NCBI GenBank assembly: GCA_046498225.1
Contig: JAWOBF010000059.1
Span: 1 to 64,000, forward strand
Direction of reading: 5' to 3'
Length of the DNA: 64,000 nt
Origin: Candidatus Aegiribacteria sp.
Lineage (GTDB): Bacteria; Fermentibacterota; Fermentibacteria; Fermentibacterales; JCC-6
Positions 39,565 to 49,189 of this stretch are shown here, in pieces (within the stretch, counting starts at the first letter, position 1; each line of letters begins with the position of its first letter). A model generated the notes under the pieces. It had not been told where the DNA came from. It made no database searches and saw only the letters and a list, made by a program, of their open reading frames with translations. Made by a program: the position numbers and the translations under genes.

Positions 39565-41222
39565 CCCTTCCCGAGTTCGCTGACTATGAATCTGATGATG
39601 TCCCTTATGGAGCTGTCCGGAATCGGGCCCGCGTTGTGTCCCATGGCGTTGTCCACCTGGTCGTCCACCCAGGTGGGGTCGAATCCCCCTCCGCCTATCA
39701 GTTCCATCAGCTCTGCCCGCCGGTTCAGCAGCCTGACCAGCTCCACGTCCGACCTGAGCAGCTCGCTCCGGAAATCGGGGGCTATCTCCCTGGTACCTAC
39801 CGCCTGCCTGTCGATCTTCCCGTTGGCTGTTCTGGGAAGACCATGAACGAAATTTATCAGCTTCGGGATCTTGTACTCATCGATGTGTTTTCTCAGGAAA
39901 GCCCTCATCTCGGCCACAGCCAGCTCCTGTCCGGGCCTGAGAACGATATACGCCGAAGGTATCTCGCCCCTTGTCGGGTGGTCCCTTCCCACTACGCACG
40001 CGTCCACCACCAGGGGATGCTTTAGAATGGCCAGCTCCACCTCCAGGGGGTACACCTTCAGGCCGGCGGCCTTTATCAGCCCGCCCCTCCGGCCCAGGAA
40101 AACCAGGCGGCCGTCCTCCCTGCGGAAGATGTCGCCCGTGCGGTACCAGCCGTCGAGGAACGCTTCCTCCGTCTGAGGCCTGTCACCCAGGTACCTGCTC
40201 ACAACTCCCGGTCCCGAGACCCACAGCTCCCCTGTGCCGTTCCCGCTCAATTTCCTGCCGGAAAGGTCCCTCAACTGCACGCTGTATCCGTCCACCACCT
40301 TCGTGAAGCCGGCTGATCCGCTTTCGCCCACCAGCCCCACCCCGGCTGTCTCGGTGCTGCCCCACACGGGAACGAGCCGGACTCCGGTCTTCATCAGGAA
40401 GTTCTCCATCATGTCCTCGGACACGTGCATACCTCCCGCCTCCGCAATTTTTACTTTTGAGAGGTCCGAATCGCTCCTCTTCCACAGGTGGGAGAGGGAC
40501 ATCAGCTGCGTGGGCAGCGCCATGACCGCGGTGACCCCCATGTCGGATATCACCCTGAGCAGGTCCCTTGGATACCTGTGTTCAGTCAAGACCGTCCTGC
40601 CTCCGAGATACAGCCCTCTCATGAAGAGCTCATGTGGATGCCCGTAGACCCCGAAGAGAGACGTATGCACGTCGCTTCGAGTGAAGCCCATGGTCCTGAT
40701 CACGCCCCGTGTATTCTCCAGCAGCTGCCTGTGGGTGGTGGGAGCCACTTTCGCCTGGCCGGTGGAAGCTGAGGTCACGTTGAGGTAGAACTCACGGTCG
40801 CTGTCCGCATCCGGAAGGTCCAGCCGGCCGGCGCTTCCGCGAAAAACGTCATCATCGATGAAAAGAACTGGTTCATCCGATTGCAGGGCATCATCGGCAC
40901 GGGTGGTCAGAACAAGACGGCTGGACCTCCTGCCGAAAACCCTCTGACGCTCCTGTGCGGGCCATTCCGGATTGAGGGAGACGAACCGCGCTCCCAGCAT
41001 GGAGACCGCGGTGAAGACACACGGGAGCAGGACATTCTTTCCCGAGACGACACCTATCACGTGGCCCGGACCGCCGCCGGCCTTCTGAATCCGGGCGGCG
41101 ATGTTCCGTGAGACCCGCCACCAGTCAGCGTAGGTTATTTCCACCCTGTCATCGCGCAGGGCCTCCGCATCGGGGGTTTCCTCAGCCCATCTCCTGAGAA
41201 GACCGTGTACCGTGCCCGGCAT
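39561..41222 (-). CDS. Adenylate-forming (ANL) ligase with C-terminal AroQ chorismate-mutase-like domain
   Basis: TSASTGQAK, WGSTE, YRTGD, GRRGGLIK, PRTANGKIDR; tail FRSELLRSDVELVRLLNRRAELMELIG..DP..NAGPIPDSSIRDIIRFIVS. Confidence 0.8.
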   Translation of the reverse strand: MPGTVHGLLRRWAEETPDAEALRDDRVEITYADWWRVSRNIAARIQKAGGGPGHVIGVVSGKNVLLPCVFTAVSMLGARFVSLNPEWPAQERQRVFGRRSSRLVLTTRADDALQSDEPVLFIDDDVFRGSAGRLDLPDADSDREFYLNVTSASTGQAKVAPTTHRQLLENTRGVIRTMGFTRSDVHTSLFGVYGHPHELFMRGLYLGGRTVLTEHRYPRDLLRVISDMGVTAVMALPTQLMSLSHLWKRSDSDLSKVKIAEAGGMHVSEDMMENFLMKTGVRLVPVWGSTETAGVGLVGESGSAGFTKVVDGYSVQLRDLSGRKLSGNGTGELWVSGPGVVSRYLGDRPQTEEAFLDGWYRTGDIFRREDGRLVFLGRRGGLIKAAGLKVYPLEVELAILKHPLVVDACVVGRDHPTRGEIPSAYIVLRPGQELAVAEMRAFLRKHIDEYKIPKLINFVHGLPRTANGKIDRQAVGTREIAPDFRSELLRSDVELVRLLNRRAELMELIGGGGFDPTWVDDQVDNAMGHNAGPIPDSSIRDIIRFIVSELGKG

Positions 41223-42359
41223 CTATTCCTGTTTCTCTCCGCATTCCGGGCAGAAACTGGAACCCTCCGGCACATCCGCGCCGCATTTTCCGCACTTGCG
41301 TCCTCCGCCCAGTTTCGTCCCGCACTCCGGACAGAATTTCGCGCCGGGTGAAACTGTGGCTTTGCAGTTGGGACACAGGACCCCGAGAGGTTTGCCGCAT
41401 TCAGGGCAGAACTTGCCTGGGACCACGCTCTTGCCGCAGGATGGGCAGGTAACCCGGGGAGAGCCTCCTTCGCCCCCTCCTGAGCCTCCCGTGCCCTGGT
41501 TTCCGGCCATGGTCTGCCCCATCATGTTAGCCATGGTCATTCCCATGCCGAGACCCGCGCCCATTCCGACCCCGGCGCCGGCGGCTCCACCGCCGCCCTC
41601 GTTTGTAGCGGCATCCCCCATGGCGGTGGCCGTCTTGAAGCGCATGTACTGGTTCATGTCGCCCAGGGCGCCCATGGCGCTTCTCTCGTCGATCCTGGCC
41701 TGGACCTCCTCCGGAGGTGTGATGGCCTGAACGTAGAAGTCAACAAGCTGAATGCCGTACTTCCCGAAATCGTCGCCGAGCCTGGATTTGGCCAGCGTGC
41801 CGATCTCATCGTAGTACTGGGCAAGGTCGAAGATGGTCTCCAGGGTCTCCCCCAGAAGGTCGGCCAGCCTGGAGATTATCATGCCCTTGAGGAAGCCCTC
41901 TATCTCGTCGGTGCTGAACCGGCCCTCGGTTCCCACTACCTTGTTTATGAACAGCTGGCTCTGCTCCACCTTCATGGAGAAGCTTCCGAAGGCTCTGAGC
42001 CTTACCATGGACAGTTCCTTGTCCCTGAAGATTATAGGTTCCTTCGTTCCCCATTTCATGTCCGTGAATGTCTTCTTGTTCACGTAGAACACGGTCGCCC
42101 TGAACGGGGAATCCTTGCCGGAGAACAGAGTGCTGACCACGCCGGCAAGTATGGGTATGTTCTCCGTGGTTATGGTATGCCTTCCCGGACCGAGAACGTC
42201 CATGGCCTTTCCATCACGGAAGAAGACGGCGTCCTGACTCTCCCTGACCACGACCTGGGTGCCCAGGCGGAATTCGCCTGCCCCCGACTGGGGTATCCTG
42301 TGGACTATCTGCTTACCGGAGTCGTCCATCCATTCCACTATCTCCATTTTTTTGAACAT
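41223..42359 (-). CDS. SPFH (Band 7, YdjI-like) protein with C-terminal zinc ribbons
   Basis: VRESQDAVFFRDGK, GPGRHT, KWGT, LRAFG, Gly/Met-rich linker, three CxxC...FCPECG units. Confidence 0.9.
   Translation of the reverse strand: MFKKMEIVEWMDDSGKQIVHRIPQSGAGEFRLGTQVVVRESQDAVFFRDGKAMDVLGPGRHTITTENIPILAGVVSTLFSGKDSPFRATVFYVNKKTFTDMKWGTKEPIIFRDKELSMVRLRAFGSFSMKVEQSQLFINKVVGTEGRFSTDEIEGFLKGMIISRLADLLGETLETIFDLAQYYDEIGTLAKSRLGDDFGKYGIQLVDFYVQAITPPEEVQARIDERSAMGALGDMNQYMRFKTATAMGDAATNEGGGGAAGAGVGMGAGLGMGMTMANMMGQTMAGNQGTGGSGGGEGGSPRVTCPSCGKSVVPGKFCPECGKPLGVLCPNCKATVSPGAKFCPECGTKLGGGRKCGKCGADVPEGSSFCPECGEKQE
41226..41450 (-). repeat. Three intragenic zinc-ribbon repeats (FCPECG)
   Basis: Plus strand ccgcattccgggcagaa / ccgcactccggacagaa / ccgcattcagggcagaa at about 75-nt spacing. 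Confidence 0.7.
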
Positions 42360-42381
42360 TGTCCGCTAACCTCTCCTTGAG

Positions 42382-42924
42382 CTAGTCAATCGGTTGGTTC
42401 TTCTCCAGGTCTATCATCAGCTGGCTGCGTTGCGACATCTTCTCGCTGAAGTCCACCAGCAGGTCAACCATTGTATCGATGGCCGGTTTCAGGTCCGAAT
42501 CCGCCGCGGCGGCGGCCTGCAGCGATTCCAGGGCTCCCTCAAGTTCCTCGATATCCTCCATCAGGCTTATATCGAAGGCGTAGAGATCGTCCAGCTGGTC
42601 CTCTCTGACCTTGTGCATGTCGAAAAGTCCCCTGTAACCCCTGGAGGCGAACCTGATCTCGTCGGTGACCCTCTCCAGCCTCTTTGTTATTCGGTCGAAC
42701 TGGTTGACGGACTTGAGAGCGGAAGGCCCCTTCATGCCGGCCGGTATCTCGTTGACAGCGTTTCTCAGACTGTCCAGCCTGCTGACCAGGGTCATTCTGA
42801 AGAGGTGGTCGTTGTCACGCCTTTCCTCCTTGCTCTTGTAACCCTTGTAGCCGGGTATCAGCCGTATCGCCTTCTCCAGGAACCCCAGTTCTCTTCCCTC
42901 GCTCATAGCATGTCCTTTCTTCAA
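42382..42924 (-). CDS. Helical hypothetical protein upstream of the SPFH gene
   Basis: IPGYKGYKSKEERRDND...GYRGLFD...LYAFD; helical, coiled-coil-like; start may be Met at 42906. Confidence 0.72.
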   Translation of the reverse strand: MKKGHAMSEGRELGFLEKAIRLIPGYKGYKSKEERRDNDHLFRMTLVSRLDSLRNAVNEIPAGMKGPSALKSVNQFDRITKRLERVTDEIRFASRGYRGLFDMHKVREDQLDDLYAFDISLMEDIEELEGALESLQAAAAADSDLKPAIDTMVDLLVDFSEKMSQRSQLMIDLEKNQPID

Positions 42925-42985
42925 GACCGACTTCCGTAAATACGATGAATCATAACTATAACACTAATCGATCATGTCAATAAGG

Positions 42986-43984
42986 TCACCTGTCCGGTAT
43001 AGACCTAATATTGGCCAGATGGCCGGCATGGGTCCTGGCGAAGAGATGCCTGCCCGTCCCGTCGTCCCTGCTGACGAAATAGATGTACCCCTGGCTGGTA
43101 TCCGGATGCACCGCGGCATGGATGGACAGGGATCCCGGAGAACATATCGGACCCGGCGGCAGTCCGTGGCTGCGGTAGGTATTGTAGGGATGGTCCACCT
43201 CCAGGTCTCTGTAGAGGAGAACCTCCCTGACCTGTCCCAGCGCGTACTGCACGGTGGCGCAGCTCTCCAGTCTCATCCCCCTTCTAAGCCTTCCCAGGAA
43301 GACCCCCGCAACCAGCGGCCTCTCGGAATCCACCCTGGCTTCCCTCTCCACTATGGACGCCAGTATCATGGTCTCATGCGGGGAAAGGCCGGTGTGCTCC
43401 AGGTTCTCCTCCAGGTCTCCGGGCCATCTGGACCTTCCCGTATCCACTATGCGCTCCAGCATCTCCACTGCGGAAAGGGTATCCGCGAACTCGTAGGTCT
43501 CCGGGTAGAGGTAGCCCTCGAGGGAGGGAACCCCGAGAGAGTCCAGGAAATCCCGGTCCCGGGCAAGGCTGTCAAGATCATCCCGGTCTATGGGGGTGGA
43601 GCGGGAGATTATCTCCAGGGACTGCTCGAGTGTCAGGCCCGGTGCCAGGGTGACCCAGCTGGTGGCCACCGGTATGACCTCGCCCCTGGCGATGATGCCC
43701 AGTATCGAGTCGGGTGTCATCGAATCGTCCAGAGAATAGGTCCCCGCCTGAAGGGGGGGAGCCCCCTCCATCACCGAGTACCGCCACAGAATGTAGAGCC
43801 TGCACCTCACCAGACCGGAATCGGACAGGGCCCGGGATATGGTCCTGGCTCCCCAGCCTCTCTCCACGGTGAATTCGCAGCGTCTGCCCCCGCAGGGAGG
43901 GCTGCCGCACCATCTGAGAACGAATGCTCCGGCCGCCGCCAGGAGCAGTACAACAAGGACTGCCGGCAGGAGCTTGCGCTTCAT
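42986..43984 (-). CDS. mltG: Endolytic transglycosylase MltG
   Basis: N-terminal TM; LEGYLYPETY, LASIVEREA, YNTY..GLPPGPICSPG. Confidence 0.95.
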   Translation of the reverse strand: MKRKLLPAVLVVLLLAAAGAFVLRWCGSPPCGGRRCEFTVERGWGARTISRALSDSGLVRCRLYILWRYSVMEGAPPLQAGTYSLDDSMTPDSILGIIARGEVIPVATSWVTLAPGLTLEQSLEIISRSTPIDRDDLDSLARDRDFLDSLGVPSLEGYLYPETYEFADTLSAVEMLERIVDTGRSRWPGDLEENLEHTGLSPHETMILASIVEREARVDSERPLVAGVFLGRLRRGMRLESCATVQYALGQVREVLLYRDLEVDHPYNTYRSHGLPPGPICSPGSLSIHAAVHPDTSQGYIYFVSRDDGTGRHLFARTHAGHLANIRSIPDR

Positions 43985-44367
43985 GGTATACCGAGATATC
44001 TCTTCAGGATTATCATGGCGGCCATGGAATCCAGCCTGCCGTCTCTGCGGTCGCCCGTCGCCGTATTTCTTCCGGCTTCCGCGGTTGACCCGGTCTCCAC
44101 CACCAGATCCACACTGAAGCCTCTCTCCCTGAGAAATTCCGCCAGTCCCTCGACTTCACGCGAGAGCTGGGTAGGTCTGCCGGAGGCCGAAAGCGGCAGA
44201 CCAAGGACCACGGTCCCCCTTCCGCTCTCCCCATGAATACTTTCCAGTCTTTCTCGAATACCCTCCCATGTGGTGTTCAGCATCGGTTCCAGAGGCAGGA
44301 CCACGCCGGACATATGCAGGGCGAAACCGGTACGCGCCTTTCCGTAATCCACGCCTATCTCCGCCAC
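43981..44367 (-). CDS. ruvX: YqgF/RuvX family nuclease
   Basis: GVDYGKARTGFA, VVLGLP, DSMAAMIIL; usual ruvX-mltG synteny; GTG start at 44367. Confidence 0.85.
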   Translation of the reverse strand: MAEIGVDYGKARTGFALHMSGVVLPLEPMLNTTWEGIRERLESIHGESGRGTVVLGLPLSASGRPTQLSREVEGLAEFLRERGFSVDLVVETGSTAEAGRNTATGDRRDGRLDSMAAMIILKRYLGIP

Positions 44368-44368
44368 T

Positions 44369-46042
44369 TCAGAAATCCCTTCCCGCCAGACTCCTGTATC
44401 CGGCCCTGACGAACAGTACCACAACCACAGCTGTGAGGACGGTGAGCCATCCCACTGATACTTTCATGTACTGCAGAAGAGCGGTGGAAGGAGACCGGGC
44501 CGCAAAGGAGTTCCTCAGGGTCATGCCCAGCAGTGTGACCGAAACCAGAACGTAGCTCATGGACGCGAAGGCAGCGATTATTCCACCCTGGCTGCTGGCT
44601 ATATTGGCGGCGCTTCCCCTGTCGAACCTGGGGAATACGGCTCCCAGGCCGGTGTTTATGCTCACCAGGGCGGCGCACATCAGCGTCAGGGATATGGTGG
44701 AAACAGCCACCAGGACCCATCCGGCACCTATCTTGAGCGTGGACCAGACTCCTACGCCCACTATGAATGGAGCGATGAAAATGAAGGATTCCACCCATTT
44801 GCTCCGAAGCAGAAGCCCCCTGCCGCCGGGAAGCTGGAGGATGTAGCTGAGCCCCGGACCCTCCAGGCTGATGGAGGGAAAAGTGAACCTGACCAGAAGG
44901 GTGGCGGTCACGAAGCATGAAAAGGAGAAATTCAGGTAGACCAGTATGGACCGCCAGAACTGGTGGCCGATGTCTGTGGGGAACCTGTTTATGTTCATCG
45001 CGTACACCAGGAACAGTCCGGTGAGCAGAAGGAGCTGGCTCCACTGTACGGGGTCCCTGAAGAACAGGAGGACGTCCTTGCTGAGCATGGTCTTGAAACG
45101 GCCTCCGGACCTCAGGAAAAGGTTGCTGCCCCTCCTTCTGGATGAGACGGCCTGCACCGATGAGTACATCTTCCTGAAACCCGGGCATATCATGAGACAG
45201 GCCAGTCCCGCGGCGGCGGCTGCTTCCAGAAGTAGTATCCCGACGCTGAGAAGTCCCCGGGCCAGGTTCCCCTCATCGATGAAGATGATGCTGTTGGCGA
45301 AGAGCGTATGCGGCCACAGGGAGCCTCCGGCTATCGGAAGGTCTGCTACGAAGCTCTGCAGAGCGTCCAGAGCCGTTTCATCCTCGGCAACCATGCCCGC
45401 CGGGTCCGATCCCTGAAGTATCAGAAAGATCCCGGCTACCACCAGCAGCCCCAGCAGCCCCGCCGTTCTCCATATACGGCCGCTGCCGCTGCCGATTCTG
45501 ATGGATGCCCCCAGCAGAATGGTACCCGATGACAGCCAGACCAGCATAAGCAGCGGGAAGGCCGCCAGGGATACAAGGGTGGCCGTGGAACTCACCTGAA
45601 GCGAGACGCAGAAGGCAAGGACGATGGGCACACCCAGCAGAAGAATGGCCCATCCAGCGTTGAACCAGCTTTCGACCCCCCTGTAGAAGGCCGTCAGGCG
45701 GTCCCTTACCGGCATGCTGAGCAGGTAGGATGTCTCCCATGACCTGAATACCACAGAAACCCCGCTGATGAAGGAAGATATCCCGATGAACACTCCCAGC
45801 GTCATGAAGGTCATGGACATGAGTCTCCTGGCCAGGGCCACTCCGAAACCGGCGAAGGTCTCCTCCAGGCTGTAGATGTAACTGAACAGGAATTCGAAGA
45901 GCAGGAATATTCCGGGCACCAGCACACCCATGGTGACAATGCCGGCGATGACCTTGAGCCTGTTGTCGCTCCATTCGGAGGATACGGCGCCCAGCAGGGT
46001 CGCCCATTTCATTTTGAACAGGAGTACCATCTTCCAAAGCAT
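44369..46042 (-). CDS. Putative ABC-type exporter permease
   Basis: About 12-14 TM segments; KDVLLFFRDP, FPSISLEG, SKW motifs. Confidence 0.72.
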   Translation of the reverse strand: MLWKMVLLFKMKWATLLGAVSSEWSDNRLKVIAGIVTMGVLVPGIFLLFEFLFSYIYSLEETFAGFGVALARRLMSMTFMTLGVFIGISSFISGVSVVFRSWETSYLLSMPVRDRLTAFYRGVESWFNAGWAILLLGVPIVLAFCVSLQVSSTATLVSLAAFPLLMLVWLSSGTILLGASIRIGSGSGRIWRTAGLLGLLVVAGIFLILQGSDPAGMVAEDETALDALQSFVADLPIAGGSLWPHTLFANSIIFIDEGNLARGLLSVGILLLEAAAAAGLACLMICPGFRKMYSSVQAVSSRRRGSNLFLRSGGRFKTMLSKDVLLFFRDPVQWSQLLLLTGLFLVYAMNINRFPTDIGHQFWRSILVYLNFSFSCFVTATLLVRFTFPSISLEGPGLSYILQLPGGRGLLLRSKWVESFIFIAPFIVGVGVWSTLKIGAGWVLVAVSTISLTLMCAALVSINTGLGAVFPRFDRGSAANIASSQGGIIAAFASMSYVLVSVTLLGMTLRNSFAARSPSTALLQYMKVSVGWLTVLTAVVVVLFVRAGYRSLAGRDF

Positions 46043-46149
46043 ACGGGAAAATAATACCTTGCGCCGCCACCTCCCAGCCCCATGCCGTGAGCGTGATGGA
46101 CAGACTTCCAGCCGGGGAATAGATTACGGTGTTCGAAAAGGAGGCTGGA

Positions 46150-46497
46150 ATGAAATGTCCCAACTGCGGAGCCCAGATAAACGCTTTCGGGGATGACGGC
46201 TATACCTGCGAGTACTGTCATTCCAGTTTCCATCCCCGTGAACTGGACCCGGACTGGAAGGCCGGCACGGACGGGCCGGAGGTAAGGGAAGTTCATCATC
46301 ATTACCACCACAGTGAACCGCCCGACAGGCTTTCGGCCGGCATGGGGTGCCTGGTCTTTCTCTTCTTCCCCCTGGGCTGGATTATCTACTTCCTCTACCG
46401 TGATTCCTCCCCCAGAAAAGCCAGGACAGCCATGATAATTGCCGCTGTCATGACGGTGTTCTTTCTCACAGGTGTTGTTACCGGCGGCGGCAGCTAG
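46150..46497 (+). CDS. Small zinc-ribbon membrane protein
   Basis: MKCPNCGA...CEYC; His-rich HHHYHH; two TM helices (FFPLGWIIY..P.KA). Confidence 0.7.
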   Translation: MKCPNCGAQINAFGDDGYTCEYCHSSFHPRELDPDWKAGTDGPEVREVHHHYHHSEPPDRLSAGMGCLVFLFFPLGWIIYFLYRDSSPRKARTAMIIAAVMTVFFLTGVVTGGGS

Positions 46498-46564
46498 CCG
46501 GAAGGCCGGCCCTGAACATCCCCGCAGGCTCACTTTTTTATGGACCGTGACAGGGAGTTGATCG

Positions 46565-48124
46565 ATGCCGGGAAGCAGTTCAACATGGCTTACGGAAAAA
46601 CGGGGCGGAATCGCAGCGGTTCTGTTCGCCCTTGCCACCAGGATGGCCCATTACATCGGTTACCTCCTGGGACAGCGGACCGAACTGTACTACTGGCCTG
46701 TCCTGGCCTGCAGGAAGTTCGAGTCCGCGGCTGCGGGAATCCTTCAGGGAGACCCGGGCGCGGGACCGTTCACCTACGCCAGTCCCCTCTACAGGTACTT
46801 CCTTCTTCCCTTCTACGCGGCGGAGGCCGGCCGGACCGGCCTGTTCGTGTTCCAGAGCCTTCTGGGAGTCCTTACCGCGTGGATGATATTCAGACTTGCC
46901 CTCCGGGCGGGGGCGGGAACCGGACCGGCCCTGGCCGGGGCGGCGGGCTGGTCCCTCTACGCGCCGGCGGTGTTCTTCGAACTCACCATTCTTCCCGTCT
47001 CGCTTCTGACACTTCTGATAACGGGTTTCACGCTGCTCCAGACAGGCAGGGGAGCCAACAGTATCCGTTCGGCAGGTTCAGGCCTGATAGCGGGGTTGAT
47101 ATCGGGGCTCAGGCCGCCTTTCATCCTCCTGCTGGGGACACCCGTCTGGAAATACCTGCGGAATAGGGAATGGAGAAATCTGCTCATCTTGTTTCCGGCT
47201 CTCCTGCTTCCCCTCCTGTTCCTCTCCTACCAGCATGAAAGGGCGGGAGGCGGCTTCTATCCCTTCCCCAGGACCGCGGGGACCAATCTGGTTCTAGGCC
47301 ACAGCTCACAGTCCTCCGGGTACGGGCCGCCGATACCATCCCTGGGTCTGGTGGAGACCGGAAGAGGGGATATCCATGAGGTCGCGGCAGAAGCTGCGGC
47401 GGACCTGGGCTACTCCACCCCCGCGGAAGCCGACGCCTACTGGATGAGGACCGCCCTGTCCTGGATAGCGGAAAATCCGCTGGAGGAGCTGAGGTTGATG
47501 GCGGTCAAGGTCGGAGGTTTCTTCGGCGCGGGAGCCTTCGACACCTATTACGAAATGGGAAGGGTCAGGTCGTTCAATCCCGTGTTCCGGCTGTTCTTCG
47601 TTCCCCGTTTCCTGCTGGTCATGGTATTCCTGGCAGGCCTGGTGAGCTTCTGCGTCGGAGGGAAGCACCGCGCGGCCATACTTGCCCCCGTGGCGGTGGC
47701 CCTTCTTTCCACGGTTGTCTTCGTCCATTCCGAGAGGTACTTCCTTCCGGCGCTTCCTCTCATGGCGGCCGCCGGTGTGTCCGGACTGACCGTACTCTTT
47801 CGAAGGGCGGGGACAGCTCCGCTGCGGTGGGCCGCGGCCGGGATCACCGGCCTGCTTCTGATGCTGCCCTCACTGATCTATCCCGTACCCCGGGTGCCGG
47901 AAGAGATGTTCATCGGATCGCTTGCGGTCAGGGCCCATCACATGGAGGACTACGTCACGGCGCTGGAGCTGTTCGAAAGGGCCGCGCTACTGGCCCGCCG
48001 GGGCAGTGTCGTCTGGGTGCAGGGACATTCGGAGGCAGCCGGGATCGCCCGTGCCCTGGGTAACACCGAAAGGGCGGAGCAGCACGAGAATATCCTTCAG
48101 GAAGCGGGATTCCTCCCGAACTGA
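46565..48124 (+). CDS. GT-C (ArnT/PMT-like, family 39-type) membrane glycosyltransferase with TPR-like C-terminus
   Basis: Polytopic; SPLY, GLRP, ERYFLP motifs; helical tail. Confidence 0.65.
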   Translation: MPGSSSTWLTEKRGGIAAVLFALATRMAHYIGYLLGQRTELYYWPVLACRKFESAAAGILQGDPGAGPFTYASPLYRYFLLPFYAAEAGRTGLFVFQSLLGVLTAWMIFRLALRAGAGTGPALAGAAGWSLYAPAVFFELTILPVSLLTLLITGFTLLQTGRGANSIRSAGSGLIAGLISGLRPPFILLLGTPVWKYLRNREWRNLLILFPALLLPLLFLSYQHERAGGGFYPFPRTAGTNLVLGHSSQSSGYGPPIPSLGLVETGRGDIHEVAAEAAADLGYSTPAEADAYWMRTALSWIAENPLEELRLMAVKVGGFFGAGAFDTYYEMGRVRSFNPVFRLFFVPRFLLVMVFLAGLVSFCVGGKHRAAILAPVAVALLSTVVFVHSERYFLPALPLMAAAGVSGLTVLFRRAGTAPLRWAAAGITGLLLMLPSLIYPVPRVPEEMFIGSLAVRAHHMEDYVTALELFERAALLARRGSVVWVQGHSEAAGIARALGNTERAEQHENILQEAGFLPN

Positions 48125-49170
48125 CCGACGTCTTCGTTCATTTCGTTCAGGAACGCCACCAGCAGCTCTATGGCGGTCTCCACATCGTGTCTGTGGATGA
48201 CAGCCACCGGGCTGTGTCCGTACCTGGTGGGAATGGAAAGGCACGTGGAATGCGCTCCCGGGGAGAACCTCTGCATGCTGGAGGTATCCGTCCCGCCCCT
48301 GGCCAGGATCTCCATCTGATGGTCGATCCCCCGGTCCTCGGCCAGTTTTCTGATGTACTCCACCAGGGGTGTGGAACTGATGACGCTGGAATCCATCTGC
48401 TTTATGGCCACGCCACTGCCCAGGTCCGCCACCTTCATTCTGGCGGGAAATCCCGGAGTGTCCCCAGCCCCGGTGATGTCCACCGCTATGCCCACGTCCG
48501 GACCGACAGCCTGAGCTGCAACAGTGGAGCCCCGCAGACCCACCTCTTCCTGAGAGGTGCCCACCGCGTATACATCGATGGAGGGATTCTCGTACCGCTT
48601 CATGGCTTCTATGATGATGTAGACCCCTACCCTGTCGTCGAATGCCTTGGCCAGCAGGCAGTCGCCCAGCTCCATGAACTCGCTGTCCATGGAGACCCAG
48701 TCACCCCTGCTGACCCTCTCCTTAACCTCTTCCCCGGGCAGCCCGAAGTCCAGGTAGAGCTTGTCGATCTTCGCCGGGGAAGCCTTGTCCTTCTCCGCAG
48801 GCTCCCACATCCTGTGCATCACCGCCGGAAGAAGCTCTCCGCCCCTGGTATGCACCCTGACCGTGTGACCGAGGATGCTGGCCGGGTCCCATCCGCCCAC
48901 CGGCACCACCGAGGCGAAGCCGCTCTCGTCGATGTTGTACACCAGGAAGCCTATCTCATCGATATGTCCGGCCAGCATGATCTTCGGACGGTCCTTCCCC
49001 CCGCTTCCCTTCCTCACCGCCGTAACGTTTTTCATGGCATCGGTGTAGATCCTGTCGGCATGACCTTCGAGGGCTTCCCTGAAAATCTCCACTATCGCGT
49101 CCTCGTGCCCCGATACTCCGTCTGCCTCGCAGAGTCTCCTGAGAAGTTCCATCCGTGGATTTCCTTTCAT
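48097..49170 (-). CDS. M42 family aminopeptidase
   Basis: GVSGHE, AGHIDEIG, KAFDDRVG, QEEVGLRG, GGTD, IPTRYGHS. Confidence 0.93.
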   Translation of the reverse strand: MKGNPRMELLRRLCEADGVSGHEDAIVEIFREALEGHADRIYTDAMKNVTAVRKGSGGKDRPKIMLAGHIDEIGFLVYNIDESGFASVVPVGGWDPASILGHTVRVHTRGGELLPAVMHRMWEPAEKDKASPAKIDKLYLDFGLPGEEVKERVSRGDWVSMDSEFMELGDCLLAKAFDDRVGVYIIIEAMKRYENPSIDVYAVGTSQEEVGLRGSTVAAQAVGPDVGIAVDITGAGDTPGFPARMKVADLGSGVAIKQMDSSVISSTPLVEYIRKLAEDRGIDHQMEILARGGTDTSSMQRFSPGAHSTCLSIPTRYGHSPVAVIHRHDVETAIELLVAFLNEMNEDVGQFGRNPAS

Positions 49171-49189
49171 TCCGCCGAATTCGCTCCGG

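Noticed and set aside
41226..41450. CRISPR-like spaced repeats
   Set aside because: Repeats are degenerate at third codon positions and encode FCPECG zinc ribbons; no cas genes
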